This document shows, in pieces, positions 40,171 through 57,017 of a stretch of DNA of 64,000 bases; within the stretch, counting starts at the first letter, position 1; the number at the start of each line of letters is the position of its first letter. Under the pieces are notes generated by a model. The model made no database searches, was not told the origin of the DNA, and was given only the letters and a program-made list of their open reading frames with translations. This DNA comes from Eledone cirrhosa (Eukaryota), in the NCBI GenBank assembly GCA_964016885.1, contig OZ024741.1:377456001-377520000 (forward strand). Direction: 5' to 3'. The translations under genes were made by a program, and so were the position numbers.

Positions 40171-40626
40171 CTATCAATAATAGACTATAGCTCAACACCC
40201 AATTTATAACCTGATAGGGCCTCTAGCCCCATATTTACACCCCCCCCCCCACACACACACGCTTACACCTCCACTTATTCTCTCTCACACATACACACAC
40301 AAAACCAGTTCTAACACCAGATAACACCTACCCCCCACTTTTATGAATAGACCTATCTTCCCACACTCACACACACACACCCACATACCTACACCTTCAT
40401 GCATTCTCCCACACACATATACAGGCATGTATATAAAATTAAAAAAACAAAAAAAAAACAAAAACAAAAAAAAACAGCCCCTAAACAAACCCCTCTTAAA
40501 GGGAGACTACTCTTTATCCACCTAATTTTAATTCTTTGATATTAGAGTTAGAACAGATACTCTATACTATTTCCGGTCAGCATGGCTTGGCTAGAGATTT
40601 AAGGCGCTGGTTTGAGACCTTTATTT

Positions 40627-40663
40627 CCCTCCGGAGAAGAGATATTATCTCGAAAATTAAGGA
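40627..40663 (+). ncRNA. Possible degenerate minimal hammerhead
   Basis: CCT-CCGGAGA-A-GAGAT ATT ATCTC-GAAA-ATT-A-AGG; same layout as 57946-57981. Confidence 0.4.
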
Positions 40664-40822
40664 CATTTAAATAAATTCAAGGTAAAGGACGAATTCTCAA
40701 CAATATCTTTTACTATTGCATTGTTTTTTCTATGTCCATACCTGCATTCTTTTGGCTTTATTACACATATTCAAACGTTTATACCTCTTTACACAATGCT
40801 TCAAGTGAACTATAACCTCCTC

Positions 40823-40867
<45 letters not shown>

Positions 40868-40903
40868 CATATGTGTGCATATATGATATATAATATATAT
40901 AAT

Positions 40904-40969
<66 letters not shown>

Positions 40970-41234
40970 CATGTGTGCATATATGAGTATACGTTTTTGT
41001 ATATGTATACGAACGCATTCGTATGTGTGCGTGTATGTGTATGTGTGTGTGTGCGTTTACGTATACGTGTTTTTTACATGTATATATACATATATACTTA
41101 TGTATATATATATATATATATATGGTCGCGGGCGTGCGTGTGATAAGATGTACATGTATGTATATATATATATATATGTGCCCTGCGTGTTTATGTATGT
41201 ATGTATGCTTTTGTGAATGTTTTTTTGTCGGTAC

Positions 41235-41269
<35 letters not shown>

Positions 41270-41819
41270 TTTTGCGAGGTTTTTTATATGAAATCGTGTG
41301 TCGAAACAGATATTGTTATATTTGGGGAGGGTCATATTTGCGTAATATTGCTAGAATTAATAACAGAACACACTCACTGTTTGGTTGGTTTTCGCTTCTC
41401 GCTGTCTTTTATATATATATATATCTGCGATCTAACTTACTCGGTCCTCAATGTTGCCATTGACTGACCGGCGGTCAAAAATAATACAGATACAATATAG
41501 ACAAACACATATATATATAGTTTACATAATTTACATAAATCTTTCGTTGCACATCTGCAACATCGTCAGTGGTGTTATATTCATTGTTCCTCCTGTTGTG
41601 TTGTATGTAAATTATGTAAACTATATATATGTGTTTGTCTATATTGTATCTGTATTATTTTTGACCGCCGGTCAGTCAATGGCAACATTGAGGACCGAGT
41701 AAGTTAGATCGCAGATATATATATATAAAAGACAGCGAGAAGCGAAAACCAACCAAACAGTGAGTGTGTTCTGTTATTAATTCTGGCAATATTACGCAAA
41801 TATGACCCTCCCCAAATAT

Positions 41820-41830
<11 letters not shown>
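41270..41830. repeat. Fold-back of a PLE-associated repeat (41310-41500 / 41640-41825)
   Basis: gtcctcaatgttgccattgactgaccggcggtcaaaaat and its exact reverse complement; homologous to 10485-10740. Confidence 0.85.
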
Positions 41831-41872
<42 letters not shown>

Positions 41873-42582
41873 TGTGTGTGTGTGTATGAGCTTGTTCGCA
41901 TATGTGCATGTTTTCTACTTTTTATTTATTTACTTTTTCTAGTGTTACTATATTTTATAACCCGTCCCACTTACTTTCCAACTGTCTTAATTTTTTATTC
42001 TTATCTTATATATTATTTCATTAATTTATCATATTTTATATTTTTATATTTGTATCGACCTTCAGTCTGACACTGCTTTCACTTCATACACTCCCTTCTC
42101 TTTATATATCACATACATGTATGTGGTTGCGCGTGTGTGTATGATTTAGCGTGCGTCCTTTCATCCATTATCCATTATCTTACAATTTCTTTTTAAACAT
42201 ATATTTATATATGTATTTTTGGTCACACATACAATAATATGTTTGCCCTCATGTATATACTTACGCACACATTGTTTCACTATACAGATGCATTTGTACA
42301 TACGCACACATGTACATTTGTAAATGCATATACACACATTTATACACATCCCCTTACTATATTTCTTTATATTTATTTTTTATACATCTCGTATTATTAC
42401 TTTTATTTTTTTGCCCGTTAAACTTTTGCCTTTGTTGAGGAAATTTTTCAATATTTCTCTATGTTTTAAATTGCCTTGTGTGTATTCGTCTTATTTGGGA
42501 ACCCTCTGGTAATGAGGTAATTATACTGTAATTATACTGTATTGTTTATTATACATTAAATATATAGATGGATATATATATA

Positions 42583-42619
<37 letters not shown>

Positions 42620-42627
<8 letters not shown>

Positions 42628-45485
42628 GGAAGCAGAAAATTGCTTTTTGAGATCCAGTTCGTGGTTAAGAAAGCCAGTTTAATGGATGGTATCAACGTAC
42701 GGTAAGGGGAAAACTCCACAAGTTTGTATGAATTCCGTTCAATCTTGGAGTATAAAGTATAAAAGAGAAAACACAGGTAATCATTAAGAGAAGGATTTTA
42801 TCCAGGTATTTACGACTGTTTTATTGGTAAGTGCAACCTTATATTGCTATACTGCAAATAGCAGCCACTCAATTATAATTGCTGTTCACAGTCCAAATTT
42901 TTAAAATAGTGAGTAGATTACTCTTGAAATAATTCTTAATGTATAGAGAACAAATTTATTTGGAATTGTATTTACTAGTATAGAGAGAGGAAGCAGAAAG
43001 TGAGGGGACAAACGGAATAGTATAGAGAGAGAGAGGAAGGGGGTAGAGTTAGGAAGTAGAGTGACAAAGTGAGATGGAGGGAGGGGTAGAGGTGGAAGGA
43101 TTCCTTGATCAGTTTTGATATTCAGACTTCATGTCGTGGAATGTAGTGAGTTAAAGAGAATTAAATTGATCATAGTGGGAGGGATGGTTAGCGAGAGAGA
43201 GAGAGAGAGAGGGGGAGATATAAGGGATAAATATATATATAAAAAATAAAGATAAAGATAATAATGACAAAAATAAAAGCAAAGAAGGGGGAAGAAAGAA
43301 GTAAAGAAAAGATAGCCAAGAAGGGAGGGAGGGAAGGAAGAAAACGAAGAAATAGAAGAGGAATGAAGGAGAAGCGGAGGATATAGGTATAGGTTTTTGT
43401 GGGTAATTAAAAGGGTTTAGATACAACAAGGGTATAAAGTCTAAGTATATGCACTTTGTCAGTTGGTAGTAAGAGGTTAAGGGTTCCATTTGCACTTGTA
43501 GTGCGAAAACTTCTCTTTGAGTCTATGGTTACAATAAATTGATCTTTCGATTTTATTGTTGATTAACTTATTCTTCGAACTCAAGATGTGGAACAGCTCA
43601 AGGTCGCATAATCGACAGCTTCTCATACCACTCCTATTATATTAGGGCGCGTTCGATAATTTTTTCCACTTCAGGGTGTATTGATGGTTACTTTCCCCCA
43701 GTTCCCAGGTCTTGTTTGCAAGGGTAGTTACATAACGGTGCTGCGAATGTTTCCTTGCGTAATGGTGAATGGTGTGTATACCAACGGGCTTTAAATGTAT
43801 TCCCAGTCGCTCCGATGTAATACCATTTCTGGTTGTCTGATTCCACTTTGCATTGGTAAACCAGGTTAGACTGCATACATTCATTATATAATGGACAGGT
43901 TTCAGGTAGGTGGCAGTTACAATTCTTGTCATGGGCAACTTTCGCATTATTGGTGGGCTGTGATGCCTGTACAAGTGTGTTACGTTTTGTTTGCCTATTA
44001 GCGGGTGGTTGTGTATTAGATATTCTGTTGTGTTCAATGGAGATTGTATTGTTATTGTTGTAAATTTGTGTTTTGGTGTTGTTATGTATCTTTTTAGTGT
44101 TAAGCATCTTAATGTGTGCCTCTATATTTGGTGCCGTGGAGTAAGTTAGTCTAATAGATTTAGTATTAAGGATATTGCTGTATCTATCTGAATCTGAAAA
44201 GTGCTTATTTATTATTCTAAAGAAGGTAGAAGGTAGGTTTGTACTAATAGAGGTGTTAAATATGGGGTTATACCAAATATATTTTCTACTACGTGGCTTG
44301 TTTGATTTCGATGTTGTATTTCTATTTACCGTATACTTTATAGTTCTATACGTAAGTGCGTGTGTGCGTGTGTTTCCGGAGTTTGTGTTATGCCTGTTCG
44401 TGTGCGCTTTACGGAGGCTCTCATCGACATATTCTACTCTATCTAAGTGGCCTGCCTTGTCTAATGCGGTACTGTAGTATTCTGCATGTTTTTCGAAGAT
44501 TTGTCGGTTAGACGAGAGGCGGGAGATCCTAAGGGATATTCTACGTGGAATGGATTTAATTATGGATAGTGGGTGGTTTGAGTTACAGTTGATGTATGCT
44601 AAGTTTTCATTAATCTTGTGAAAAGTTCATATAAGTCCCTTATAAGTCCCTTAGGTTAAGCGTCGCGTCTAGAAAGTTAACTGTTTTAGTGCTATACTCA
44701 TACGTTATGTTAATGCCTAGTTTCCCGAGAGTCTTTCTAATATTCTTACGGAGTCTTTCTATGCTCTGGTTATTTAGGTTCTTAACTAGGAGTATGTCGT
44801 CGTCTCTGTAGATTCCACCGTGAAGGTCGCTAAACTCACTTTGTAAACTATGGGCTATGTAAATACCTACTAAGTCTGTGACTTGAGCCGAGTCGTTAGC
44901 CCCCATGGTGATGTCAACGTTATTTAATCTATCGTTACGTTCCCAATAGGCGTTTTCAAATGTAATTATTGTTTTCTTGGCAGCTAATATGATTTTTATC
45001 TCGTCGTCTGTTAAGTATATATTTATCCCTTATATCCCCCCCTCTCTCTCTCTCTATCCCTCCCTCCCACTATGATCAATTTAATTCTCTTTAACTAACT
45101 ACATTCCACGACATGCAGTCTGAAAATCAAAACTGATCAAGGAATCCTTCCACCTCTACCCCTCCCTCCATTTCAGTTTGTCACTCTACTTCCTAACTCT
45201 TCCCTCTTGCTCTCTCTCTCTATACTATTCCGTTTGTCCCCTCACCTTCTGATTCTTCTCTGTCTATACGAGTAAATACGATTCCAAATAAATGTTTTTC
45301 TCTATATATTAAGTATTATTTCAAGAGCAACTTACTATTTTGAAAATTTGGACTGTGAACAACAATTATAATTGAGTGGCTGCTATTTGCAGTATAGCAA
45401 TATAAGGTAGCACTTACCAATGAAACGGTCGTAAGTACCTGGATAAAATCCTTCTCTTAATGCTTAACTGTGTTTTCTCTTTTAT
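42620..45485 (-). mobile_element. 5'-truncated Naiad-like PLE (RT + endonuclease, 43470-45030) with inverted pLTR (42760-43225 / 45025-45485)
   Basis: MGANDSAQVTDLVG, GIYRDD, WYNPIFN, NCNCHLPETCPLYNECMQSNLVYQC...YYIGATGNTFKARWYTH. Confidence 0.9.
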
Positions 45486-45486
45486 A

Positions 45487-45518
<32 letters not shown>

Positions 45519-45543
45519 GATATATACACACATATATATATAA

Positions 45544-45639
<96 letters not shown>

Positions 45640-45746
45640 ATAAATTAACAGAACCATAGACTCTCGCTATTCCCTGTCAGTAATGTGCTCAAAGGATAAG
45701 GAATCCCGAGCTCTTTATAATACAATATGTAGGAAAGATAACACAC

Positions 45747-45835
<89 letters not shown>

Positions 45836-46030
45836 CTTCATCAGTCAAACAGCGAAAAAACACCTGTGTATGGAATCTATAGCCCATGGAATGCAGAGTA
45901 GAAACACAATAATTAAAAGTATGAATTAAAGTGTAAATACATACCTCGATAACTATCTAACACACACCTCAATACCCCAAAAGATATGTTTCGCCAAATA
46001 AGTTGTTGACAGAATTGATTAGGCTATAGC

Positions 46031-46119
46031 CTGACACACGCTGATGAATCATGGGCTAATCATATCTGTCAACAACTTATTTGGCGAAACAGATCTTTTT
46101 GGATTTGTACGTGTGTTAG
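46031..46119 (+). ncRNA. Type I hammerhead, intact core
   Basis: Stem I CTGACACACG/CGTGTGTTAG (10 bp with one GU); CTGATGA; ATCA...TGGC; GAAA; stem III CAGATCT/GGATTTG; GUA. Confidence 0.85.
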
Positions 46120-46292
46120 ATAGTTATCGAAGTATGTATTTACACTTTAATTTATACTTTTAATTATTGTGTGTCTACTCTGCCTTCCATGGGCTATTGA
46201 TTCCATACATAGCTGGTTTTTCCCTGTGTAACTGATGGCGCATTATCTCTCTACCTTGTGTGTTATCTTTCCTACATATTGTATTATGCTTC

Positions 46293-46358
<66 letters not shown>

Positions 46359-46840
46359 ATGTTGAAAATGTAACACACCAGAGAGAGATATACAGTGCGC
46401 TATCAATAATACAGGGAATAAACCACCAGTGTATGGAATCTTTAACCTATGAAAGGCAGAAAATAGACACGATAATTAATTGTTTTCCCTGTTTTATTGA
46501 TAGCGCACTGTATATCTCTCTCTGGTGTGTTACCTTTTCAACATATTGTATTTTAAAGAGCTCAGAATTTCTTCTTCTTTGACCACATTACTTATAGGGA
46601 ATAGCGAGGGGTTATGCCTCCGTTACTTTACCGTGATATTTCGCTCCGAATAACAGTCTTTCCTATCTCTGTTTGGTTGAGCACACTTCTCTGAGTGGCT
46701 TTGGACTGCCCTTTCTAGCAGTTCGTCGCTCAGAGGCCACTGGTTCACTGCCGTTGAAGACGCTGTGACTTCTCTCTCCCACGTGTAGCTGGACAGTCAC
46801 TTTTAACATTCTTTTTGTGTTGTCTGAAATGTATAGCCTT

Positions 46841-46934
46841 ACACACGCTGATGAACCGTGGCTAACCCATTTCTTTCAACAAATTACTGGTGAAAAATAT
46901 CTTTGGATTAGTATCTTTGGATTTGTACGTGTGT
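46841..46934 (+). ncRNA. Type I hammerhead copy 2
   Basis: ACACACG-CTGATGA-ACC...GGT-GAAA-...GGATTTG-TA-CGTGTGT; small duplication inside stem III. Confidence 0.75.
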
Positions 46935-47239
46935 TATATAGTTATAGAGGTATTTATTTACGCTTTAATTTATATTTTTAATTATCGTGTATATAGTCTG
47001 CTTTTCATAGGTTATAGATTCCATACACTGGTGGTTTTTTCCCTGTTTTATTGATAGCGCACTGTATATCTTCTCTGGTGTGTTACCTTTTCAAGATATT
47101 GTATTTTAAAGAGCTCAGGATTTCTTCTCCTCTGAGCACATTATTTACAGGGAATAGCGAGGGCCTATGCCTCCGTTAATTTATCGTGATATATATATAT
47201 GTTTGTATGTATATATATATATATATATATATATGTTTG

Positions 47240-47288
<49 letters not shown>

Positions 47289-47307
47289 ATGTATTATAGA
47301 CAATTAT

Positions 47308-47378
47308 TCCATTTACCAAAGGTTTCACAAAGACAGACGAGCTCGGCACAGACGTCTGAAATCGTTCGTCAGTATGGA
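47308..47378 (-). ncRNA. Type I hammerhead
   Basis: TCCATA-CTGACGA-ACGA..CAGACG...CGTCTG..TTGT-GAAA-CC TTT GG-TA-AATGGA. Confidence 0.7.
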
Positions 47379-47759
47379 CTTTTATTTGAAGTGGTGTGAC
47401 GTATCCATTTCAAAAGAAACCCTAAAACAATTGAAAGCGAGACTGATATAAAATAAAATAACGGATGTAATGTGAAGGGGAAAATAATACATATATATGT
47501 ATATATAAATATACACATACATATATAAGCATCTACCCAGGCATATACTTATACTCACATATACACACAGAAACATAGGTACATGTACACACATATGTGC
47601 ATACACATATATATATATACGTACATACATACAAACGTACATATACACATGCGTATACATACGTAAATATACACATACATATACACATATTTATATATAA
47701 ATACATATAAAGACAACCTAAATCCATAAAAAACATCCTCACACAAGCCCAAATCCAAC

Positions 47760-48185
47760 CAGCCGTGACAATGAACCCTACAGTAAAAAAAATGCGGAAG
47801 TTCCAACTGTGGTATATGCATAAATCTAATAGAAGTTTCAACATTCGATTTTAAACAAGACAACATTTCACAGTTAAACACAACTTTACATGTGCATCTG
47901 AAAACCTAATCTATGTTTTGATCTCCTCAGGTTGTCAAGCGCACTACATAGGACAGACAAAATCAGCCTTCGACAACGTATGACCGTCCATAGATCACAA
48001 ATCAAAATACAGGAATACAGAAAGATTGCTTTTAATGAACATATCGCCAATTGTACACCTAATCAACATCCAAACTTAAACATTTCCCCCATTTACAAAT
48101 TCATAGACAATGCTTCTTTCATCCATCGGAGTAATAAGGAAACGTACATTCCTTAACAAATTCCAACCTCTACGTAATGGACTAA
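47760..48185 (+). mobile_element. PLE GIY-YIG fragment (Neptune-like)
   Basis: KCGSSNCGIC...FTCASENLIYVLISSGCQAHYIGQT...LRQRMTVHRSQIK...FNEH. Confidence 0.8.
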
Positions 48186-48861
48186 ACTTCGGACTAAACT
48201 AAAACTGGAACGAACAATGAACCGAAACCAAATTCTAAAGAGTTACCTCCCTAACACCCTACCTAATTATTTTTCTTATAAAAATGAATTAACACTCTCA
48301 TTCCTCTCTCCCCTGTCTGACCACCCTGAATTCCCCCTGCATATTAACTCTCTAAAAAGGGAAATCATATCAAACCCCAGACTACCATTTGCGTCCATCA
48401 TGGATCAACTAAACACTCTTGGCCATAATAACACATTTTGAACTGATTATCCTCAAGAACTAGACCTGTAAAAAATATTATTTTTTTCTTTTCCATTAAC
48501 TTATCATGTTCCACATTTCCCCTGTCTTATCTTTTTCTTTTCACTTCAAAAACCGTGTTTGTAAATAACATTATTCTTTTTTCCCCATTTCCTTAACATG
48601 TTCAACATCACCAACATTTTACACCAATACAAATTCCCCCCTTTGATAATGCATAACATGCTAAAACCGGTAATAGACAATTATTAAATATAAAACAAAA
48701 TAAATACCATTGTTAATTAATAAATGAATTAACTAATAACTTCCCACTTCCCACAAAGTAAAATATTTTGTTTTAAAAATTTCTTAACCCTGAAAAAAGA
48801 GAAAAAAATAAAAGAAAAAAAAGTTTTTCTTCCTCATAGTCGTCCTTTTCTCCCTATTTTC

Positions 48862-52189
<3,328 letters not shown>

Positions 52190-52268
52190 TTTATCCCGCG
52201 TTCAATGGGGGGTAACCGCAGTATCTAAGGTACTCAATACATAACAGAGTATGCATTATATAGAAATG

Positions 52269-52312
52269 GCTTCCATAGGACATTTTCATTAGTGAGAAAT
52301 CATCAGGAAGCT
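52269..52312 (-). ncRNA. Hammerhead with intact core but damaged stem III
   Basis: AGCTTC-CTGATGA-TTTCTCACTAAT-GAAA-ATGTCCTATG-GAAGC; homologous to 57216-57266. Confidence 0.5.
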
Positions 52313-52439
52313 GACTGTGCAAGTAATATGGTGGTATTTATACATTCTCAAGTGTAGGAGAGGGTGAGGATTGGGATGGTGTAGGAGGTGTAGGAGAGTG
52401 TTGATGGATTTAAAGAAAAGGGAATACTTTAAAAACTAC

Positions 52440-52471
<32 letters not shown>

Positions 52472-52485
52472 ATGTATGTGTATAA

Positions 52486-52527
<42 letters not shown>

Positions 52528-52595
52528 AAAAAGAGATGAAATCGAAAATGCAACTGGAGTCTTATTTTTTTTTAAATATATATATTTATTTGGTT

Positions 52596-52633
52596 CCTTT
52601 ACCGGTTTCGCAGTTCTTCTGCTTTTCAAAAGG
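52596..52633 (-). ncRNA. Minimal type I hammerhead, U3-A8 core, intact
   Basis: CCTT-TTGAAAA-GCAG AAGAA CTGC-GAAA-CCGG-TA-AAGG; palindromic stem III ACCGGT. Confidence 0.8.
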
Positions 52634-53453
52634 TGAGTTGAGATGGAGGGTCTGTGGTTTTTCTCACATCTGGTTGGTCTCTGAATGTTACTTGTTTTAT
52701 ATGGAAAAAGTGGCTCGAGATGCCAGGTTTTTCGAGAAGTAATTTGATTGGTTTGTCAATAATTATAATAAATTTCGCGCCAGTTCGCGTTGTAATAGTT
52801 CTTCAAATAAGGGGGGGGGGGCGTTGTCACAGGTTGTTTTTTCATATATGAGTGTTTGAATTTCTTTTTACTTGAAAATAGGAGGCTCACGAAGGCTTTT
52901 TTTTTGGTTGGTTATAAATGAAATTATGGCTGTCACGTGAACAAATTTTCATAAAATTTTTGTGCCCTTATTTGGAAATCCATTCTGTAGACTTTTTAGA
53001 GAATTTTTGGATAAGTGAAAGAAAATGGTCAAGAGAAAGGGATGGGATAATTGTTCTGGTTCAGTGAATATGGTTAGTTCGCTGGGGTGTCAAAATTCAG
53101 ATTTTCTATTGAATAAAGAAAGTAAAGATATGTGTGTTTATTTGTGTGCTTGTGTGTGTGTGTGTGTGTGTTTGAATTTCTTTACTTTAAAAAAAAGGGT
53201 GGCTCACTTTTCAAGTAAAAAGAAATTTAAACACTCATATACGAAAAAACAACCTGTGACAACCCCCCCCCCCCTCTTATTTGAAGAACTATTGTAACGC
53301 GAACTGGCGCGAAATTTATTATAATTATTGACAAACCAATCAAATTACTACTCGAAAAACCTGGCATTTCGAGCCACTTTTTCCATATAAAACAAGTAAC
53401 ATTCAGAGACCAACCAGATGTGAGAAAAACCACAGACCCTCCATCTTAACTCA

Positions 53454-53491
53454 CCTTTTAAAAAGCAGAAGAACTGCGAAACCGGTAAAGG
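53454..53491 (+). ncRNA. Inverted copy of the above with G5 changed to A
   Basis: CCTT-TTAAAAA-GCAG AAGAA CTGC-GAAA-CCGG-TA-AAGG. Confidence 0.65.
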
Positions 53492-53626
53492 AACCAAATA
53501 AATATATATATTTTTAAAAAAATAAGACTCCAGTTGCATTTTCGATTTCATCTCTTTTTCTTTATACTTTCACTAGTGTAGGACACCTCGGTTATTTTTC
53601 ATTTTGTAAAAAATACCTCACTTTCT

Positions 53627-53712
<86 letters not shown>

Positions 53713-53737
53713 TGTAATAAACGACATAAGATAATTA

Positions 53738-53800
53738 TTTCATTTACCAGTGGTTTCTTGAAGACAGATACTTATGTCTGTCTTCATTCATCAGGAGAAA
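53738..53800 (-). ncRNA. Type I hammerhead, weak stem I
   Basis: CTGATGA-A-TGAAGACAGA CATAAGTA TCTGTCTTCA-A-GAAA-CCACTGG-TA-AATGAAA. Confidence 0.65.
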
Positions 53801-54122
53801 TATTTATTTAATCAATATAGAATAGAGCACTCTCTTTTCCTTTAACTTTCCTACGGAAATACATAATTTTTCATATATATATATATATTTATATATATAT
53901 ATATATATATTTCGTTTCTGAATTTGTTTAGCAAGATACTTTATCTGAAAACGTGTGTTGAAACCGATATTGGTATGCTTTGGGATGGTCATGTTGCCAA
54001 TAAGAAACACACATACCAATTGCTTTCACTCCAATTTATTATAAATTAAATTTATAAATTTAAGAATTTATAAATTTCCTGTTGGTTGGTTGGTTACACA
54101 ACCGGACGGTTGTTCATATAAT

Positions 54123-54165
54123 GTCAGAGTTCTTTCGTCACACATTCTGTCACCTCTTCAGTGAC
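54123..54165 (-). ncRNA. Minimal type I hammerhead
   Basis: GTCA-CTGAAGA-G-GTGACA GAATG TGTGAC-GAAA-GAAC-TC-TGAC. Confidence 0.72.
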
Positions 54166-54234
54166 TGGGGATTATTTTCTTTTTTTTGCGCCTCTCCTTT
54201 GTTCTGTTGTCCTACGCCAAGAAAATAATCCCCA

Positions 54235-54277
54235 GTCACTGAAGAGGTCACAGAATGTCTGACGAAAGAACTTAGGC
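54235..54277 (+). ncRNA. Inverted copy of the minimal hammerhead (3' side decayed)
   Basis: GTCA-CTGAAGA-G-GTCA CAGAATGTC TGAC-GAAA-GAAC-TT-AGGC. Confidence 0.6.
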
Positions 54278-54428
54278 AATATATAAACAACCGTCCGGTT
54301 GTGGAACCAACGAGCCAACCGGAAATTTATAAATTCTTAACTTTATAAATTTAATGTATAATTAATTGGAGTGAAAGCGACTGGTGCGTGTGTTTACTAT
54401 TGGCAACATGACCCTCCCAAAGCATAAT

Positions 54429-54520
<92 letters not shown>

Positions 54521-54840
54521 TATATATATATATAAATATATATATAGTAATAATAATAAATGTGAAGATTAAAATCCGATGGGGCTTGACAAGAATAATA
54601 TATACATAAAAATATATAAAGCCATAAAGCAAAAATGAGTGTCTACAGTTTTGTTTACATGCCAACTCAAGAGCCAGAACGAGGGCCGCAATCTACTAAC
54701 ATCGCTTAAAAAAAGGGTGTTTGCACAATTGCAAACGAATCGAATATTATTATAACTATCCGAAAAACTCAGAGTAAAAACTCAGAGTAAATTGAATGTA
54801 TACAGCCATGTAGAGCAATCATTTTTTATTTGTTTATTAT

Positions 54841-54881
<41 letters not shown>

Positions 54882-54884
<3 letters not shown>

Positions 54885-55856
54885 CGAAGGCACATTAGCT
54901 GGTACAACCCCCCCTTCAACCGCGAAGTTTCAACACCTGTAGCTAAAATTTTCTTCACTCTCTTATAGAAACACTTCCCCACCCAACATAGTTACTATAC
55001 AATCCTTAATAAGAATACCATCAGACTCTCCTACTCTACCACACCTAATCTAGCTAGGAACATAGCCAACAATAACGTCAATAAGCTAAATAAGTCTATG
55101 TTTTCCGAAGCCCATCCAGCAACCGACGGCAATTGCAATTGCCCTGATATGACTACTTGACCCCTCAACAACAACTGTCTAAAAAGAGATCTCGTCTATA
55201 TATGCGATGTACTCTCAGGCCCCGATGAAAAAAGAAACTCGTACTTCGGGATGACTTCTAACAGTTTTAAGACTCACTGGTACGCCCACACACATTCGTT
55301 CCGGCGCCCAGACAAATCTAACCAAACAACACTCGCCTCCCACATCTGGCACCTTAAAAGGAACTCCATCCCCTTCAAGACCAAATGGAGACTACTCCAG
55401 AGAGCGCGACCTTACACGGGAGGCCATAATTGCTGTGACCTCTGTATCTCCGAGAGCTATGAGATTCTATTCGCCAAAGGCCTTCTCCTCAACAAGATCT
55501 CGGAACACTCCCCTAATTGCATGCACAAGAACTATGCACATTACAATAACTACAGACCCCCCCGGCTCCCCCGACTGACCCCCCCCCCCATATCACCACC
55601 CCACCCCGTCCCCCATCCCTATTCCGTCCCTCCATCTCTCATTATTACCTTCTTTCTTCCCCTCCATCCCTCATTATTACCTTCTTTCCTCCCCTCCAGG
55701 TCTTTATATTGTGTTCTATGCCTCTGAGTAAGGTTCCGTGGCCGCACACATACTTTCACGTATATATCTGCTCATGCTTGCATTCGTGCAGTTATGAACT
55801 GCTGCACGCACACGTTCGAGATTTATTTATTTATTTATTTATTTATTTATTTGATT

Positions 55857-55895
<39 letters not shown>

Positions 55896-56225
55896 TTTGA
55901 TGTTGTTTGTTTGTTAGTTAATTCATTTATTTATTATTTAATAAGTGAATGATAAAATAATGAATAGATAAAAGATAAAAGATGGGTAATAAATAGTGAA
56001 TGGTAAATAAATAAATAATAATTATTTACTTGATGATAATATTAATAATTTAGTAGTGATAATAAATATTTTAATCTTTTATCAGGCTCAGTTTATAATT
56101 TGTCCCACTACTGTTTCCCAATATATTTAGATACATATATGTGTGAACGAGTGCGTGTATGTGTATATGTGTATATGTGTATGTACTTGTATGTGTGTAT
56201 GTGTATATATGTGTATATGCATATA

Positions 56226-56290
<65 letters not shown>

Positions 56291-56405
56291 ATGTATGTGT
56301 TTGTGTGTGTGCATGTGTGTGTATGTATGTGTGTGTATATGTATGTATATGTATGTATAGAATAGTTTATACCGAGAGACATACATACATATACATAAAT
56401 ACAGG

Positions 56406-56466
<61 letters not shown>

Positions 56467-56587
56467 ATGTATGTATTTGTGTGTGTGTATGTATGTGTAT
56501 GTATGTGTGTGTATATGTATGTGTACGTATGCATATAATAGTTTATACCGAGAGACATATATACATATACATTAATACATGTATATG

Positions 56588-56634
<47 letters not shown>

Positions 56635-56982
56635 ATGTATGTATGCGTGTGTGTGTATATGTGTGTATATGTGTTTTTGTGTGTGTATACATATATATAT
56701 ATATATAGATATACATATATGTGTGTGTGTAAGTGTTTATGTATGTGGTTGTGAGTATGTAAATATATTTTATTCTTTTCATTCTACAAAAACACTCTGG
56801 CCACTTGTAGCTTGTATGTTAACTTGACCACTCACCATAGAACAATGGTCTGTGCCATGATTCTGTCTTGTTTATCTTCTAATACCAACCCACCTAAAAA
56901 AATGTCCCTACTATATATCCGTTGAATTACTATTCTTGGGGTTTTTATTTATTTTTATTTATTTATTTATTTATTTATTCAT

Positions 56983-57017
<35 letters not shown>

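Larger units (their letters stand above)
45635..47190 (+). repeat. ORF-less HHR-bearing partial tandem (units start at about 46025 and 46832) plus inverted copy (45635-46015); retrozyme- or pLTR-like
   Basis: tatagcct.acacacgctgatgaa occurs twice; downstream blocks gagctcag and gggaatagcgaggg repeat; unit about 550 nt after removing an internal inverted duplication. Confidence 0.82.
52520..53565. repeat. Inverted repeat, arms about 360 bp (52520-52880 / 53205-53565); family also present at about 5385-5530 and 30310-30510
   Basis: Near-identical spurious ORFs on opposite strands; shared cgagccact.ttt..cacataaaac motif. Confidence 0.9.
53995..54420. repeat. Inverted repeat (about 53980-54182 / 54219-54425), each arm carrying a minimal HHR
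   Basis: ttcagtgactggggattattttct vs agaaaataatccccagtcactgaa. Confidence 0.88.

Noticed and set aside
45350-45436. GAAA-CGGTCG-TA with a long upstream hairpin in the pLTR (also about 42806-42895, minus)
   Set aside because: The 3' half looks like an HHR but no CTGANGA core is found in register in either copy
55784-55809. Hairpin containing ATGA as a SECIS element
   Set aside because: ATGA lies in the loop of a short hairpin, without the quartet, helix II and apical AA geometry
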